Below, piece after piece: positions 39,361-51,300 of a stretch of 64,000 nt of DNA (the stretch's first letter is position 1; each line of letters starts with the position of its first letter). Made by a program: the position numbers and the translations under genes. The stretch comes from Paraspadella gotoi. Taxonomy: Eukaryota; Animalia; Chaetognatha. Under the pieces are notes generated by a model that saw nothing but the letters and a program-made list of their open reading frames with translations, did no database searches and was not told the origin of the DNA. Location of the stretch: the NCBI GenBank assembly GCA_051294375.1, contig CM119264.1, positions 8,129,051 to 8,193,050 on the forward strand, written 5' to 3'.

Positions 39361-42300
39361 ACTATGATCGAAGTGAACGTTAAAATCGGAAAAATTATAC
39401 TAATGACATATTCGGATAGCTTAACACGAGTAATTCTTGAAAACTTTAGAGGTTATTCCATAAATTTTTAATATTTCAAAAAGGACAAAAATGTTTCATT
39501 TTATTTTTTACGTTTCCTAAAGATGAATCAAACGCTAAGCGGAGTTTTTTTGGCTTTATTTAATTATTTTTACCTCTCAAATACGGTAAAATGAAATTTT
39601 AAAGAGAAAAAAATGATTCAATAAGTTAAACCACTTCAAAATCGCAGTTAAAAATATAATTTACTTAGTAAATGGTTCTTATCGGGGTGTTAGAAAAAAA
39701 ATTAATTTGAAAATCATTTTGGCATTACTCATTTTGCGGATCGTTGCGGATGAAATCCCGAACACATCAAGTGCGTTATAATATCAATCATTATATTTAA
39801 TTAGAATGGTAGTGATTCCCCATGATTCCCTTTATATTTTAAGCTAGTTTTCAAAAACTCAGATACAGTAAAACCTTTTTAGAACAAATTTGTATTTAAT
39901 CCATGCTTGGTATCCAGTTGTTTATCAATATTTAAAAAAAAAGTAAATTCATCATAAAGTTCCTGGAATATAGCTCGACAAAGTGAGTCTGAAATAGAGA
40001 AAAGCCTTATATCCCTAAAGAAATGATTTTTGACAACTGATATTGCTTGAGAGGTTTCTGATGATAGTCCCTAATTAATTAAAAGCATATATATTTTTTG
40101 TACGATGGACTACACTTTTTCTGGAGAAAAAAAAATTATTTCGATGATAGTGGAGAGCGAGAGAAAAGAAAGAAATCAAAAGGCAGCAGCAGAAGCAGCA
40201 GGAAAAAAGAGAGAAAAAGAAGCTGCAGGCTCGTTTTTTTTCCTTATGATTATGAATCAGTGACTAAGGAAAAGAGAGAGGGAGAGAGACATGTAATTAA
40301 AAGAGAAAAGAGAGAGAAAAAGAAATATGAAAATAAAAGAGAGAAAATTTGCTTGTTTTGATAAAACGTAAACAAAACATATTTAATAACTGTCCAGACT
40401 CAATTTTAAGCACATCGATGATGAGAAGCTGTATATAAATTTTCAGCTTCATACACCCAAATTTAATCATAAAAAAGGCGATCTATAATTTGGAACGCCG
40501 ACGAAGACGACGCCACTTATGCGCAAAAGCGTTACAATATCGTCGCAAACGCTTAGCGATTGCGACGATAAAAAAACATATTTTTTTAAAAATTCCAAAT
40601 ATTTTCGGTCAAGTCCGAACCTGTAATTAAAATTTAAAAAAAATATTTTAAATAATATTACTATAAAAAATTTAATTAATGATACTGTTATGCAATTTTT
40701 TTAAAGGCTCAATTAGTTTTTATTACATTTACAAAGACAGCAAAGAAACATTGTTTCATATTTTCATCGCTCCACCCTATTTTACAGTACAGTTATGTCA
40801 TTGATTAATTTTATTATTGTTATTTCTTCATTTTTGTTATTGATTGAATTCGCTGTTTTTGACCAATAACTACCAAGCAATTAGTGCTCCTTAATTTTCC
40901 GTGGGATATTCTTAACCGGTAATGCAAATATTGTAATGCTCTTGCGATGTCTTGACAGACGGAAACTTTGTTATTCAGAGTCAACGGCGAACTATTGAGA
41001 AGGTCGTGAAGACTTCCACGGCCACAGTATTCCGAGACGATATAGTTAGGAAAGGTGTCCGTAATAATTCCATAAAAAGGAACAATATGCTCTTTGACAG
41101 CCCTCTACATTGCAATATAAATTTATTACCTTAAGTAATAGGACTTTTTCTAGGTCGCAGAGATAACTTTTTTTTTCTCTCTCTCTCCTTCTTTTTAAAA
41201 CTTGATAAATTTATATTCTTAAGTTTGTTCTTATATCTTGTTTATGCAATTCACAAAGTCAATGCGAATCGGCCACTGCAATAACTTTAGCCGTATTACA
41301 AATTCATTTTATGTAATTTTATTAAATAACTATAAACAAGTATTATCAAACAATGCCGGATCTGCCCACGATCATTAGTGGTAAGCAGCTGATCAGATAA
41401 TTAATTAATAATATTTTTTTTTATTCGTGTCAAAATCGTTTTCCGTTTTATCTCACATCTCAATCACAAAACAACAATCTCGATCACAAAATTAATTAAT
41501 TAATTACAAATAATGAATAATTAATTAACTACTTATTTATTAATAATTAATTAATACAGCTTGAATTTACATTTAATATAAAAAACCATAATCAAATAGT
41601 GAAATAGATTGTTTGTTTTTTCCATTTTCCATCGAAACTTTATTTTCTGCACAATCACACACTTTTCTACCCACATACAAAATTTTAAATCAATCGCCCC
41701 ATTCACTCATGAATAATTGGTGTTCAAATAGTGAAATATATTTTTTGTTTTTTTCATTTTAACTCATTTCCACTCGGACGATTCCATCAAAACTTGATTT
41801 CCAGCTCAATCACACACATTCCTACCAACACAAAAAATTTCATTCTAATCCATCCATCAAATCACAAGTAATTGGTATTTTTTGCTAAGGTGGGATGGAC
41901 GGACAGACGGACAGATATCATTTTTTTTTAATAATTTATCATAATTCGATGTTCTGACATGATATAAGTGAATGCCCGACAAGATTGGGGGGGCGGACGG
42001 ACGGACCGACAAAGTGAATTATAGAGCCGGAATTTACTATAAGCAGATCTGGCTAAAGATTGGGCCTTTTCAATCATCGATGCCCCCTTGCCGTATGACA
42101 GAGCAGCAAATCTCTCTCGCTCTCTCTCTGGCTGGATGACTTAGTCAGGATCGGGATCGACAAAAACGACTACGATAATTTGAACGATGCATTAATTTTT
42201 TAGGGTTTCGGTTAGGGATAAGGTTAGTTTAGGAGATAGATATTAGGGATTACAGTTGGGATTAGGGTTGGGGATTAGGTTTGAGATTAGGGTTGAGATT

Positions 42301-45300
42301 AGGGTTAGTGATTAGGGTTATTTTTCCCTATGCTACTTTTGAAACAATAAAATTCTGGCTTGCTGGGTGACTCAGCGAGAGAAAGAATTAAGCCTCCGTC
42401 AGGATCGGGATCCACAGAAACAACGACGATAATTTGAATGATGGAGGAAGCAGTTGCATCGGTGAGAGCGACGACAAAAAGAGTGATGCATAAAGCGACA
42501 ATAGAAGCAGCAAAAGATACGAGTTTTGTGAATGTGTTTGAGTCCGCTGCTTCAGGAGCCGCAGCAAGGGGGCTTCTTTGAAAAAAAGTGCCAAAAATTG
42601 ATATACATGGTGACAATTTTACAATCGCCGTTAGAAATACGCTGTCATTTGCAAACCAGTGGTTATTTCATTGATTTTAAAAATTAGTTGAGTAGAACAT
42701 ATTAAAGTCATTTATGTGTTCAAATTTTATATTGATCAGTTAAGATATGCCTTGGCCATGAGTGGAGAAAGTTGGCTTGTAAAATCGGGTTTCATTTTCC
42801 AACTCATTGTTTTTAAATTCAAATTTTTTTCAACTTTTAGCTCTTTTTTAAACAAAATATTTATTAAGATATTAACAATAATAATATCCTCAGAAAGCCC
42901 TTAAAAAAATGAAGAGAATAAAAATATATGACCTGATTAAATTATTATAACATAAAATATTATTATTTATATAAGTATCATGAAAGAGCCTGAAAAAAGG
43001 AGATTTAAGATAGCCAATCACAATTTGATAAAAATCTTAAATTTACCCTCCAGCTATTGATTTTTGGAAAGATGTCTTGTTTTTGAGTATCCTAATTAAA
43101 TTAAAGCTGGGCCGGTTAAATTTTATACTACAGTATTTACAAGTATGTCATTCACTTTAGATTTGAAAGGGCTTTCAGAAGATATTAATATTAATATTAT
43201 TTTATTTTAAATTTCTTCAGAAAACTTACTGAAAGTAAGAAAAAAAAATTGAATCTAAAAAAGTGAGTTAGAAAATGAAACCCGATTTTACAAGCCAACT
43301 TTCTCCACTCATTGCCAAGGCATATCTTAACTGATCAATATAAAATTTGAATACATAAATGACTTTAATATGTTCTACTCAACTAATTTTTAATATCAAT
43401 GAAATAACCACTGGTTTGTAAATGACAGCGTATTTCTACCGGCGCTTGTAAAATTGTCACCATGTAAACAAAAAAATTTAAAATTTAAAAGTAGACATTG
43501 TAATTGATCTTTCTCTTTTGTTGTTTTTTTATAAGTTTAAAGAATTAACGAAAATTTCGTTTGAACAACAATTTAATGTGAAAATTAGGACATGTTTTGC
43601 CTCTTGATTCTTTGCAAGTCTTCATCAGCAAGTGAATAGTAAATTTACATTTGTCTCAAACATTAGTTTTTGGGAGAGAAAGAGAGAGAGACATAGAGAG
43701 TTTCCAACAAAGAATTCAGTAAGGGATAGTGGTCAGATGTGAGGAGAGGTGAAAGTAAGGACAGGGAAGAAGAGAGGAGGTGAATTTGAAATTGGTGAAA
43801 GGAGAGAGAGAGAGAGAGAAGGACACAAATCAATACATTGGGCAATGTACATTGTACAACAGTGATAGAATTTTAAAAAACTAAATATATAATAAGATAA
43901 AATAAATAAATTAACAGCTGATGATTTTTTAGTAGGTTTTTAGAGAAGATAAAAATGAAAAGAAGAATACTAGTAAGTGATGAGGGATAGCTAAGTTAAA
44001 TTTGAGTGAAAAGGTAAGTAAGGTAAGAAAGAGCTCAAAATGAGCTGCCCCCCCCCGGCCGGGCAAATGAAGGGCGTTGCCGATGTTGTCAGTTCATTGG
44101 CTTGTCACGGGCTGAAAGGATATTGGGGTGGAGTGGGACAAGGTGGGATCTGGCAGTGAGCCGGCTGGAAAGATGCCACTCGAATATTTCTTTGGCCTGA
44201 TAAGCCTGTCGAGGGCCCTCCTCTCACCTGACAGTGAAGTAGGCGGTTTCCTGTTCTAGCCTGTTTTGGTACAGGAGATACAGACTTCTCTCCCTCCTCC
44301 TGCAGCTGTTGTTTTGGGCGAGGCTCGGCGTGAGAAGAGTTGTTCCAAGTTGCTGTAAATTCGGGTAAGACATCGGACGTCCATTACCTGCTGAGAGGCT
44401 TATCAGGACAAGGAGATATTCAAGTAGCACTTGGCATCTTCCCAGTCGATTCACTGCCAGATCCCACTCCAGCACAATATCGTCTCAGCCCGTGACAAGC
44501 CAATGAACCAACAACATCGGCAACGCCCTTCATTTGCCCGGCTTGGGGGCGCCAGCTCATTTTTAGCTCTTTCTTACCTTATCTTTTCACTCAACTTTAA
44601 CTTAGCTATCCCTCATTACTTACCAGTATTCTTCTTTTCATTTTTTTCTTCTCTTCTTTCTACTACAAAACTAAAAACCTACTCAATAATCATCAGCTGT
44701 TAATTTATTTATTATTTCCTATTATATATTTAGTTTTTCTAATTCTATCACTGTTGTACCTTGCCCATTGATTTGTGTCCCTCCCTCTCTCTCTCTCTCT
44801 CTCTCTCCTTTCACCAATTTCAAATTCACCTCCTCTCTTCTTCCCTGTCCTTACTTTCACCTGTCCTCACATCTGACCACTATCCCTTACTCAATTCTTT
44901 GTTGGAAACTCTCTCTTTGTCTCTTTGTCTCTCTCTCTCTTCAAAAACTAATGTTTGAGACAAATGTCAATTTAGTATTCACTTGCTGATGAAGACTCGC
45001 AAAGTGACAAGAGTCGAAACATGTCCTAATTTTCACCTTAAATTGTTGTTTTAACGAAATTTTCGTTAATTTTTGGAGTTTTCTCTGCGCCCTTGCCGAG
45101 CTATAAGCAACTGACCAGAGCTATAAATATTTCATTAGTTGGCGCGTTATAAACGATTTGTCGGAGGTCGCTTTTTTGCTTAAGGGCCACAATTCGTCTG
45201 TTATAATAACCCGTTCGGATGTATACCATCGGAAGGTAATCAGGAACTTCCGCTGTGGAGGTTTTACCCGTGAAGTTTCCTGAAGAATTTGGGTTAGTTT

Positions 45301-48300
45301 TATAAAACGTTACGTGGTGTTGATTAATTATTATGAGCATTTTTATTTGAATCCAACCAGGTTGATTCGGTACAAAAAACAAAAACAGAAGTCAGATTAA
45401 AGTGTCACTTTTAAGTCTGGAAAAAGCTTTAAAAGGAAGAGAAAGATAAAATTATTAAATAATTGCATTAAAAGAATGGATAATTTTTATATTGGTTGTG
45501 TGGCGAATCCTAATTCATAAAATTCATCTTAATTTCCAAAAATTCAGCTCTTGTATTTTGATGCTGGGCGGAGTACAATATAATATATGGATATATATAT
45601 GGATAATTTTTATATTGGTTGTACCAAATTTCATAAAATTCAGCTCCTTGTATTTTGATGCTAGTGCGGAGTACAATTTTCATACATTTGAAACATTCTT
45701 TGAAATATTTTCCACTTCATTGATAGGGAAGCCAGGTACTCTGGGAGTGAATAAACGGGACTGTGAGAGAGTCTTGATTGAAAGCTTGCAGGGACTTGCT
45801 ATGTAATTATCTTGTAAGAGTGATGGAGGCCTTAAACCACCAAGCCTGTCCAAAGTCAGGGGCAAGATAGTATGGCAACAGCCGGGTTGCCTGTAACGCC
45901 CACCGGGATGGGGCATCTCACTGTTGGCTTTGGGGGCTTCCGACCCTCAGTGACGCCTCCAGTCACTGGCGCGGTTACCCTAGGACGGTCTCGCTTTGCC
46001 AACACAGAGGGAAGTCGTTAGGACTGTGGATGGAACACTACGCTTGGGATGGTGTGTTCCCCCTCTGAGCCAATGGATTTGGCTGGAGGATGACGGACGT
46101 GAGGCGGTGTGAATATACCGCCAACAATTGGCTTTATTATTAAATGAATGAATAATTTTTATATAGGTTGTACCAATTTTATATATAATATAATACTTAA
46201 GTTAGTGGTATTTTCATACAATTGAAACATTCTTTGAAATATTATACAACTTTATTGATAGGAAAGCCAGGTACTCTTGGAGTGAATAAACGAGACTATT
46301 AGTCTTAATCGAAAGCTTGCAGGGACCGGCTATTTCATTATCTTGTAAGAGTGATGGTGGCCTTAAATATCCAAAGTAAGGGGCAATATAGTTTTTATAT
46401 TGGTTGTACCAATTTCATAAAACAACATTAAAAATTGTTTTCATGTCGTAAAAAATTAAATGAAGCCTTGAAGAACGGAATTTTTCAAGGAACAAACCTT
46501 AGAAATATAAAATTCTTTCTACGATTGTTAAACAGACTTGTTAAGTCATAATAACCAAACAAACTACGAAGTTCACGAACACATTCCAATCGATTGTATA
46601 CAAAAACTTTCCGAACACCTCCATTAACAGTATGGTGGACTAAAATCCACCAACCGTTTATCAGCGGCCATTGGTGTAGCAATCAAGTCATTCGCCTCTC
46701 CAACCCAAAGATCCTGGGTTCTAGCCCGGTGGTCGACCTAGCAGTTAAGAGGGACAGGGCGCTTGACCCGCACGGTGTTACAGCCTGATCAGAGGCTCAG
46801 GGACTGCTTATATTGAACGGTTCTGTCACCAACTCTTAACAATTACTGTCTCTTCAACAGCAACATTAAGTATGTCCATATCACGCAACCATAGAGTAAA
46901 ACGGGAACACAGTTTCATCTAATTTCATCTAATCTGACGGTTTAAACGATGTATTAATTAAAAAATTGCAGGACAGAAAAAATGAGAATACTTCTTTGCT
47001 TGAGTCAAACAGACTACTACAATTTCACTACTAAGATTAAATCCAAGGTAGGTCCATTTGTTGACTAACTAAATGCAGTTGCCATTTAGAGCAAGGACAT
47101 TTTTGAGAATTGTACGTTATTTAACATGGTACATGACTTTCGTCTCTCTAAAACTAGAAGTAAAACAATTTTTTTCTGAATATAGAGATATATATATATA
47201 TATAGAATATACAGAACAGATACCTATTAACAATTGCATACCAAACAAAGAAATCACTTAATTCACCTTTCCATCTGCATCTACTCGTAAGGTTGATGTA
47301 CCAATAGCCTAAAAGTCTCGTGAAACAAAAGTTTAACTCCGCGATCTATAAGTTTTTTTAAGAGACCATAGTGGTTAACCTTGTCAAAGCCTTTGCTACA
47401 GTCCATAAAAGTAATAAAACTCCTGAGCCATGATTGTTGAATATTGATGTGGAATTGTGGATAAGGCGCTAATTGGGGCTGAAGAGTGCTATCCGCAACT
47501 TCTAGCAGCCATGGAACGGGTCCTGGGCTTGGAACTAGGCTTGAGGGTTTTCCTCGCCCCTAAAGCGGCTTACGGCCGTCCTCACACTTCCCGCTGGGTA
47601 GGTAGCGGTTTGGGCTTGAACTCATTAACTAGGGGTCATGAGCTGACGGCTTTACTTAATGAGCCACCGGGTCACGACTGAAGGTGTTATCCTTATAGGC
47701 GGGGTGAACCTAGGCAATGCCTGACTACATTGAAATATTCTACACAAGTAGATAATGTAAACATTGCATGCATTATTAGATTAAATCTTACAATTTATTT
47801 TAAATCGATTGATATGAAATTTTTTTAACACTAGTTAGTAGTTAATTAATTTTTATGAGCTTTATACCTGACGAAGATATCGTTGTGTCTCCATCGAGCC
47901 TGAATTTTATAATTGATACGTAAAATGTTACTCGAGAGTCGATAGGAAGCTTGGAAGCAAGTAAAATTTTTTTTAATTGATACGTAATTTCATTGTTACC
48001 AGAAGAGCAGCCGAAATTGAAGAAACTCTGTTGGTTTTCCTTTTTAGCCGGATCTGCTTACAGCAGATTCCGGTTCTATAATTCACTTTGTCGGTCCGCC
48101 CCCCCCAATCTTGTCGGGCATTCACTTATATCATGTCAGAACATCGAATTATAATAAATTATGCAAAAAAAATTATGTCCGTCTGTCTGTCTGTCCATCC
48201 CACCTTAGCAAAAAACACCAATTACTCGTGATTTGATGGATGGATTGGAATGAAATTTGTGTGTGGGTAGGAAAGTGTGTGATTGAGCTGGAAATTAAGT

Positions 48301-51300
48301 TTCGCTGGAATCGTCCGAGTGGAAATGAGTTAAAATGGAAAAAAACAAAAAATATATTTCACTATTTGAACGCCAATTACTCATGAGTGAATGGGGCGAT
48401 TGATTTTAAATTTGTATGTGGGTAGAAAAGTGTGTGATTGAGCAGGAAATAAAGTTTCGATGGAATCGTCCAAGTGGAATTGAGTTAAAATGGAAAAAAC
48501 AAAAACAATCTATTTCACTTTTTGATTATGCTTTTTCTTATTTTTATATTAAATGTAAACTCAAGCTGCAATAATTAATTATTAATAATAAGTAATTAAT
48601 TAATTATTTGTTGTTTTGTGATTGAAAGATGAGACAAAGTGGAAAACGATTATGACACAAATTTAAAAAAATTAATATTAATTAATTAATTAAATAATTA
48701 ATTGATTAAATAATTATCAGATCAACTTCTTACCGCTAATGATCGTGGGCAGATCCGGCATTCTTTGCTCAAACTTGTTACTTTACATTTATAACTTCTT
48801 ATGGAAAAAAACTTACTTATTTTTGTTTAATTTGATTTCGGAATTGGTCTTTGAAAAAACGTTCTTGGATGGAATGACCCAGGCCGAACGGCACAGGAAA
48901 ATCCTTTTTCTAAAGCTGACTATAATTCCCGCCAAGACCAAAATGCAGCACATGAGAAATGGGACGCCCCAAATCCACCACGGGCAGTTTTGGTCGTTAA
49001 TACCACAGGCCGGCTCGTCAGGAGGATACGCACTCTGGTAGGGGTTTTTTTCTTTCCACAGCGAAAACAAGATGTGGGAATGCGCTTTCTTTACCGAGAC
49101 GTCGACGCTGCCAAAAGGGGGGGGGGAGAGCTTTCAAAACCAACTTGTTTGTTTTGTAATTTTCTTTTTCTTACTACTCGGTTTTGAGTGGAGTGAAAGA
49201 GTATTCTCTAACATATTCAAAATATTTTTTCTTTTTATCGTAACTCATGAGAAGCATGTCGTAAAGGAAATTTCCATTCATAGTGACAATTTGCTTCTTT
49301 CCAGGGCAACCTATATAGAATAAGTTATAAATCGTCATTAAATACAAAAAAAAAAAAAAAAAAAATTCGATTGAAACATGTACGGAAAAATTGAAACCTT
49401 TAAAAGGAGAACGAGCAATTTTAATTTACCAATCATTAAATCTTAAAAGAAATCAGGTATTTCTTTGATGTGACCATTTAAAATTTAAAAAAAGCATTTT
49501 ATATTAGTTTTTGAGATTAATAAATTTCCTGACTCGTGTGTACTATAAACATATTCACACTGAGTACATTAAAGTACAAACCTAAAAATAATTTCTGGCT
49601 TATCCCTTGGCTCTGCTGGAAGAAAGGAATGTTGAACCAGTAACCGTCTGAGGCGTTTCGGTCTCCTGTAAATAAACAAGTTTTAAATTCTTTTGATGTT
49701 CATGATCATCTCTAATTATTATAATAGGAAGATATTTTCGATGTAGTGGCACGAATTAGACAAGTTTTTGTCATTTCTCAATGATGGTTCTATTATTTTG
49801 AGAAAATTAATTTAAACAAAGAAAGCAAAACATTGAAAAGACAGTAATTATTGTTATGAGTTAATGACAGAACCGTTCAATATAAGCAGTCCCTGAGCTT
49901 CGGATCAGGCTGTAACATCGTGTTACAGGCGGGTTACGCGTCCCGTCCCTCTTAACTGGTAGGCGACCAGCGGGCTAGAACCCGGGACCATTGGGTTGGG
50001 AGGCGCATGACTTGTCTCCGGGACCAATGGTGGATTTTAGTCCTCCATAACATGCGCTTTTTTTTTTAAATCTTTGCCTAAATTTGACATTTAATTTTCA
50101 ATAGGAGCTTGTTGATTTCCATTATATTTGAACGATAGTGAAATATAACGAAACTAAAGAAGGAAAAACATCAACTTTTATCCTCACGAACCTTTTTTAA
50201 ATTCGCCTTTGATTGACATATTATAATTCTTCCAAAAGTGGGCCATTGCTTTGAAAAAACGCTCCTGTAATAAAGGACGATTCGAGAAAAAAAAATAATA
50301 AAAAAATAAAAAAGGAATAACTACCAAAATTGCCTAGCTAAATACTCGCCTGTAACCTCCCAAACAAGGACCATGTTTTGAGCTCTTTCATGCTATGACA
50401 AAACTGTCTCGGATCGACGGTGATATGCATGAAGCTGCCGTAGGCGTCTCCGCCTTCCTCGCTCGGCTTAGATTTGATGAGACGGCTGATCCAGGGGTAG
50501 CGAAGGTTCATGAAGTCTCGTTGCGCGCTCAGATCGATGAAGACGTATTCTCCGCGGACCATGAAACCCAATTCGGAGGCGGTCTTGACGACCTTTCGAG
50601 TCCAATCCGATGGTCCGCATATAAAGACGATCGACCGCTTGGCGCCGACGATGTTGGTCATCAGAATTTTGTTTATTTTTCCCTCTTTGACGATACCGAG
50701 TGTCAGGTCCACTTTATTTAGAAACTTTTTTTGAAAAAAGCGGAAAGGGCCTCTCTCCTATCTCTCTCTCTCATCATCCATCCTCGTCTCTTCCTCTCTC
50801 TCTCATCTTTCTTCACCTTCGACGGCTAAATCTTAGTTTTATTTCTAAATTGTGGCGAAGCCTCACCAGATTTTATTAAACGAAATACATCGTGACATAT
50901 GGCAACCATAGAGATTTTAGTTCGCGGATTCATTTCCTGTCAAGTAAAATATTATCAAGATATTAAGATAAAATAAGATGTTATCGATAATTTCAGACCG
51001 AGAAAAATTGAATCTTGTTGGGATAAGTCAACCGCATTCTGGTTCGTTATCAAAGCAAGTTTATATTAACATCATTTGTCTCTGCAATTTATAATAAAAC
51101 AAGTTGGAGCAAACAATGTCGGATCTGCCCACGATCATTATCGGTAATTAAATAATTAATAATTCATTAATTCAAATTAATTAATTAGTCAATTAATTAA
51201 TTAACTTGATCCGAAATGTTTGTTTTGATAGATTAATTGACTGATTAATTAATAATTGATTAATTAACTTCTTAATTATTTGATTAATTTATACATCTTG

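Larger units (their letters stand above)
45474..46420 (+). repeat. Head-to-tail array of the twister-bearing repeat, interrupted by a solo-LTR-like insert
   Basis: The block GGATAATTTTTATATTGGTTGTACC recurs at ~45478, 45601, 46150 and 46393; twister-like cores at 45808 and 46339 (the latter partly deleted). Confidence 0.85.

Noticed and set aside
42198-42318. True telomere or chromosome-fusion scar
   Set aside because: Short, degenerate and intronic; more likely part of a repeat element.
46663-46740. Possible tRNA gene
   Set aside because: Degenerate A/B boxes and stems, and embedded in a multi-copy repeat.
47543-47580. HDV-like ribozyme suggested by TCCTCGC
   Set aside because: Could not build P1, P2 and P1.1 around it.
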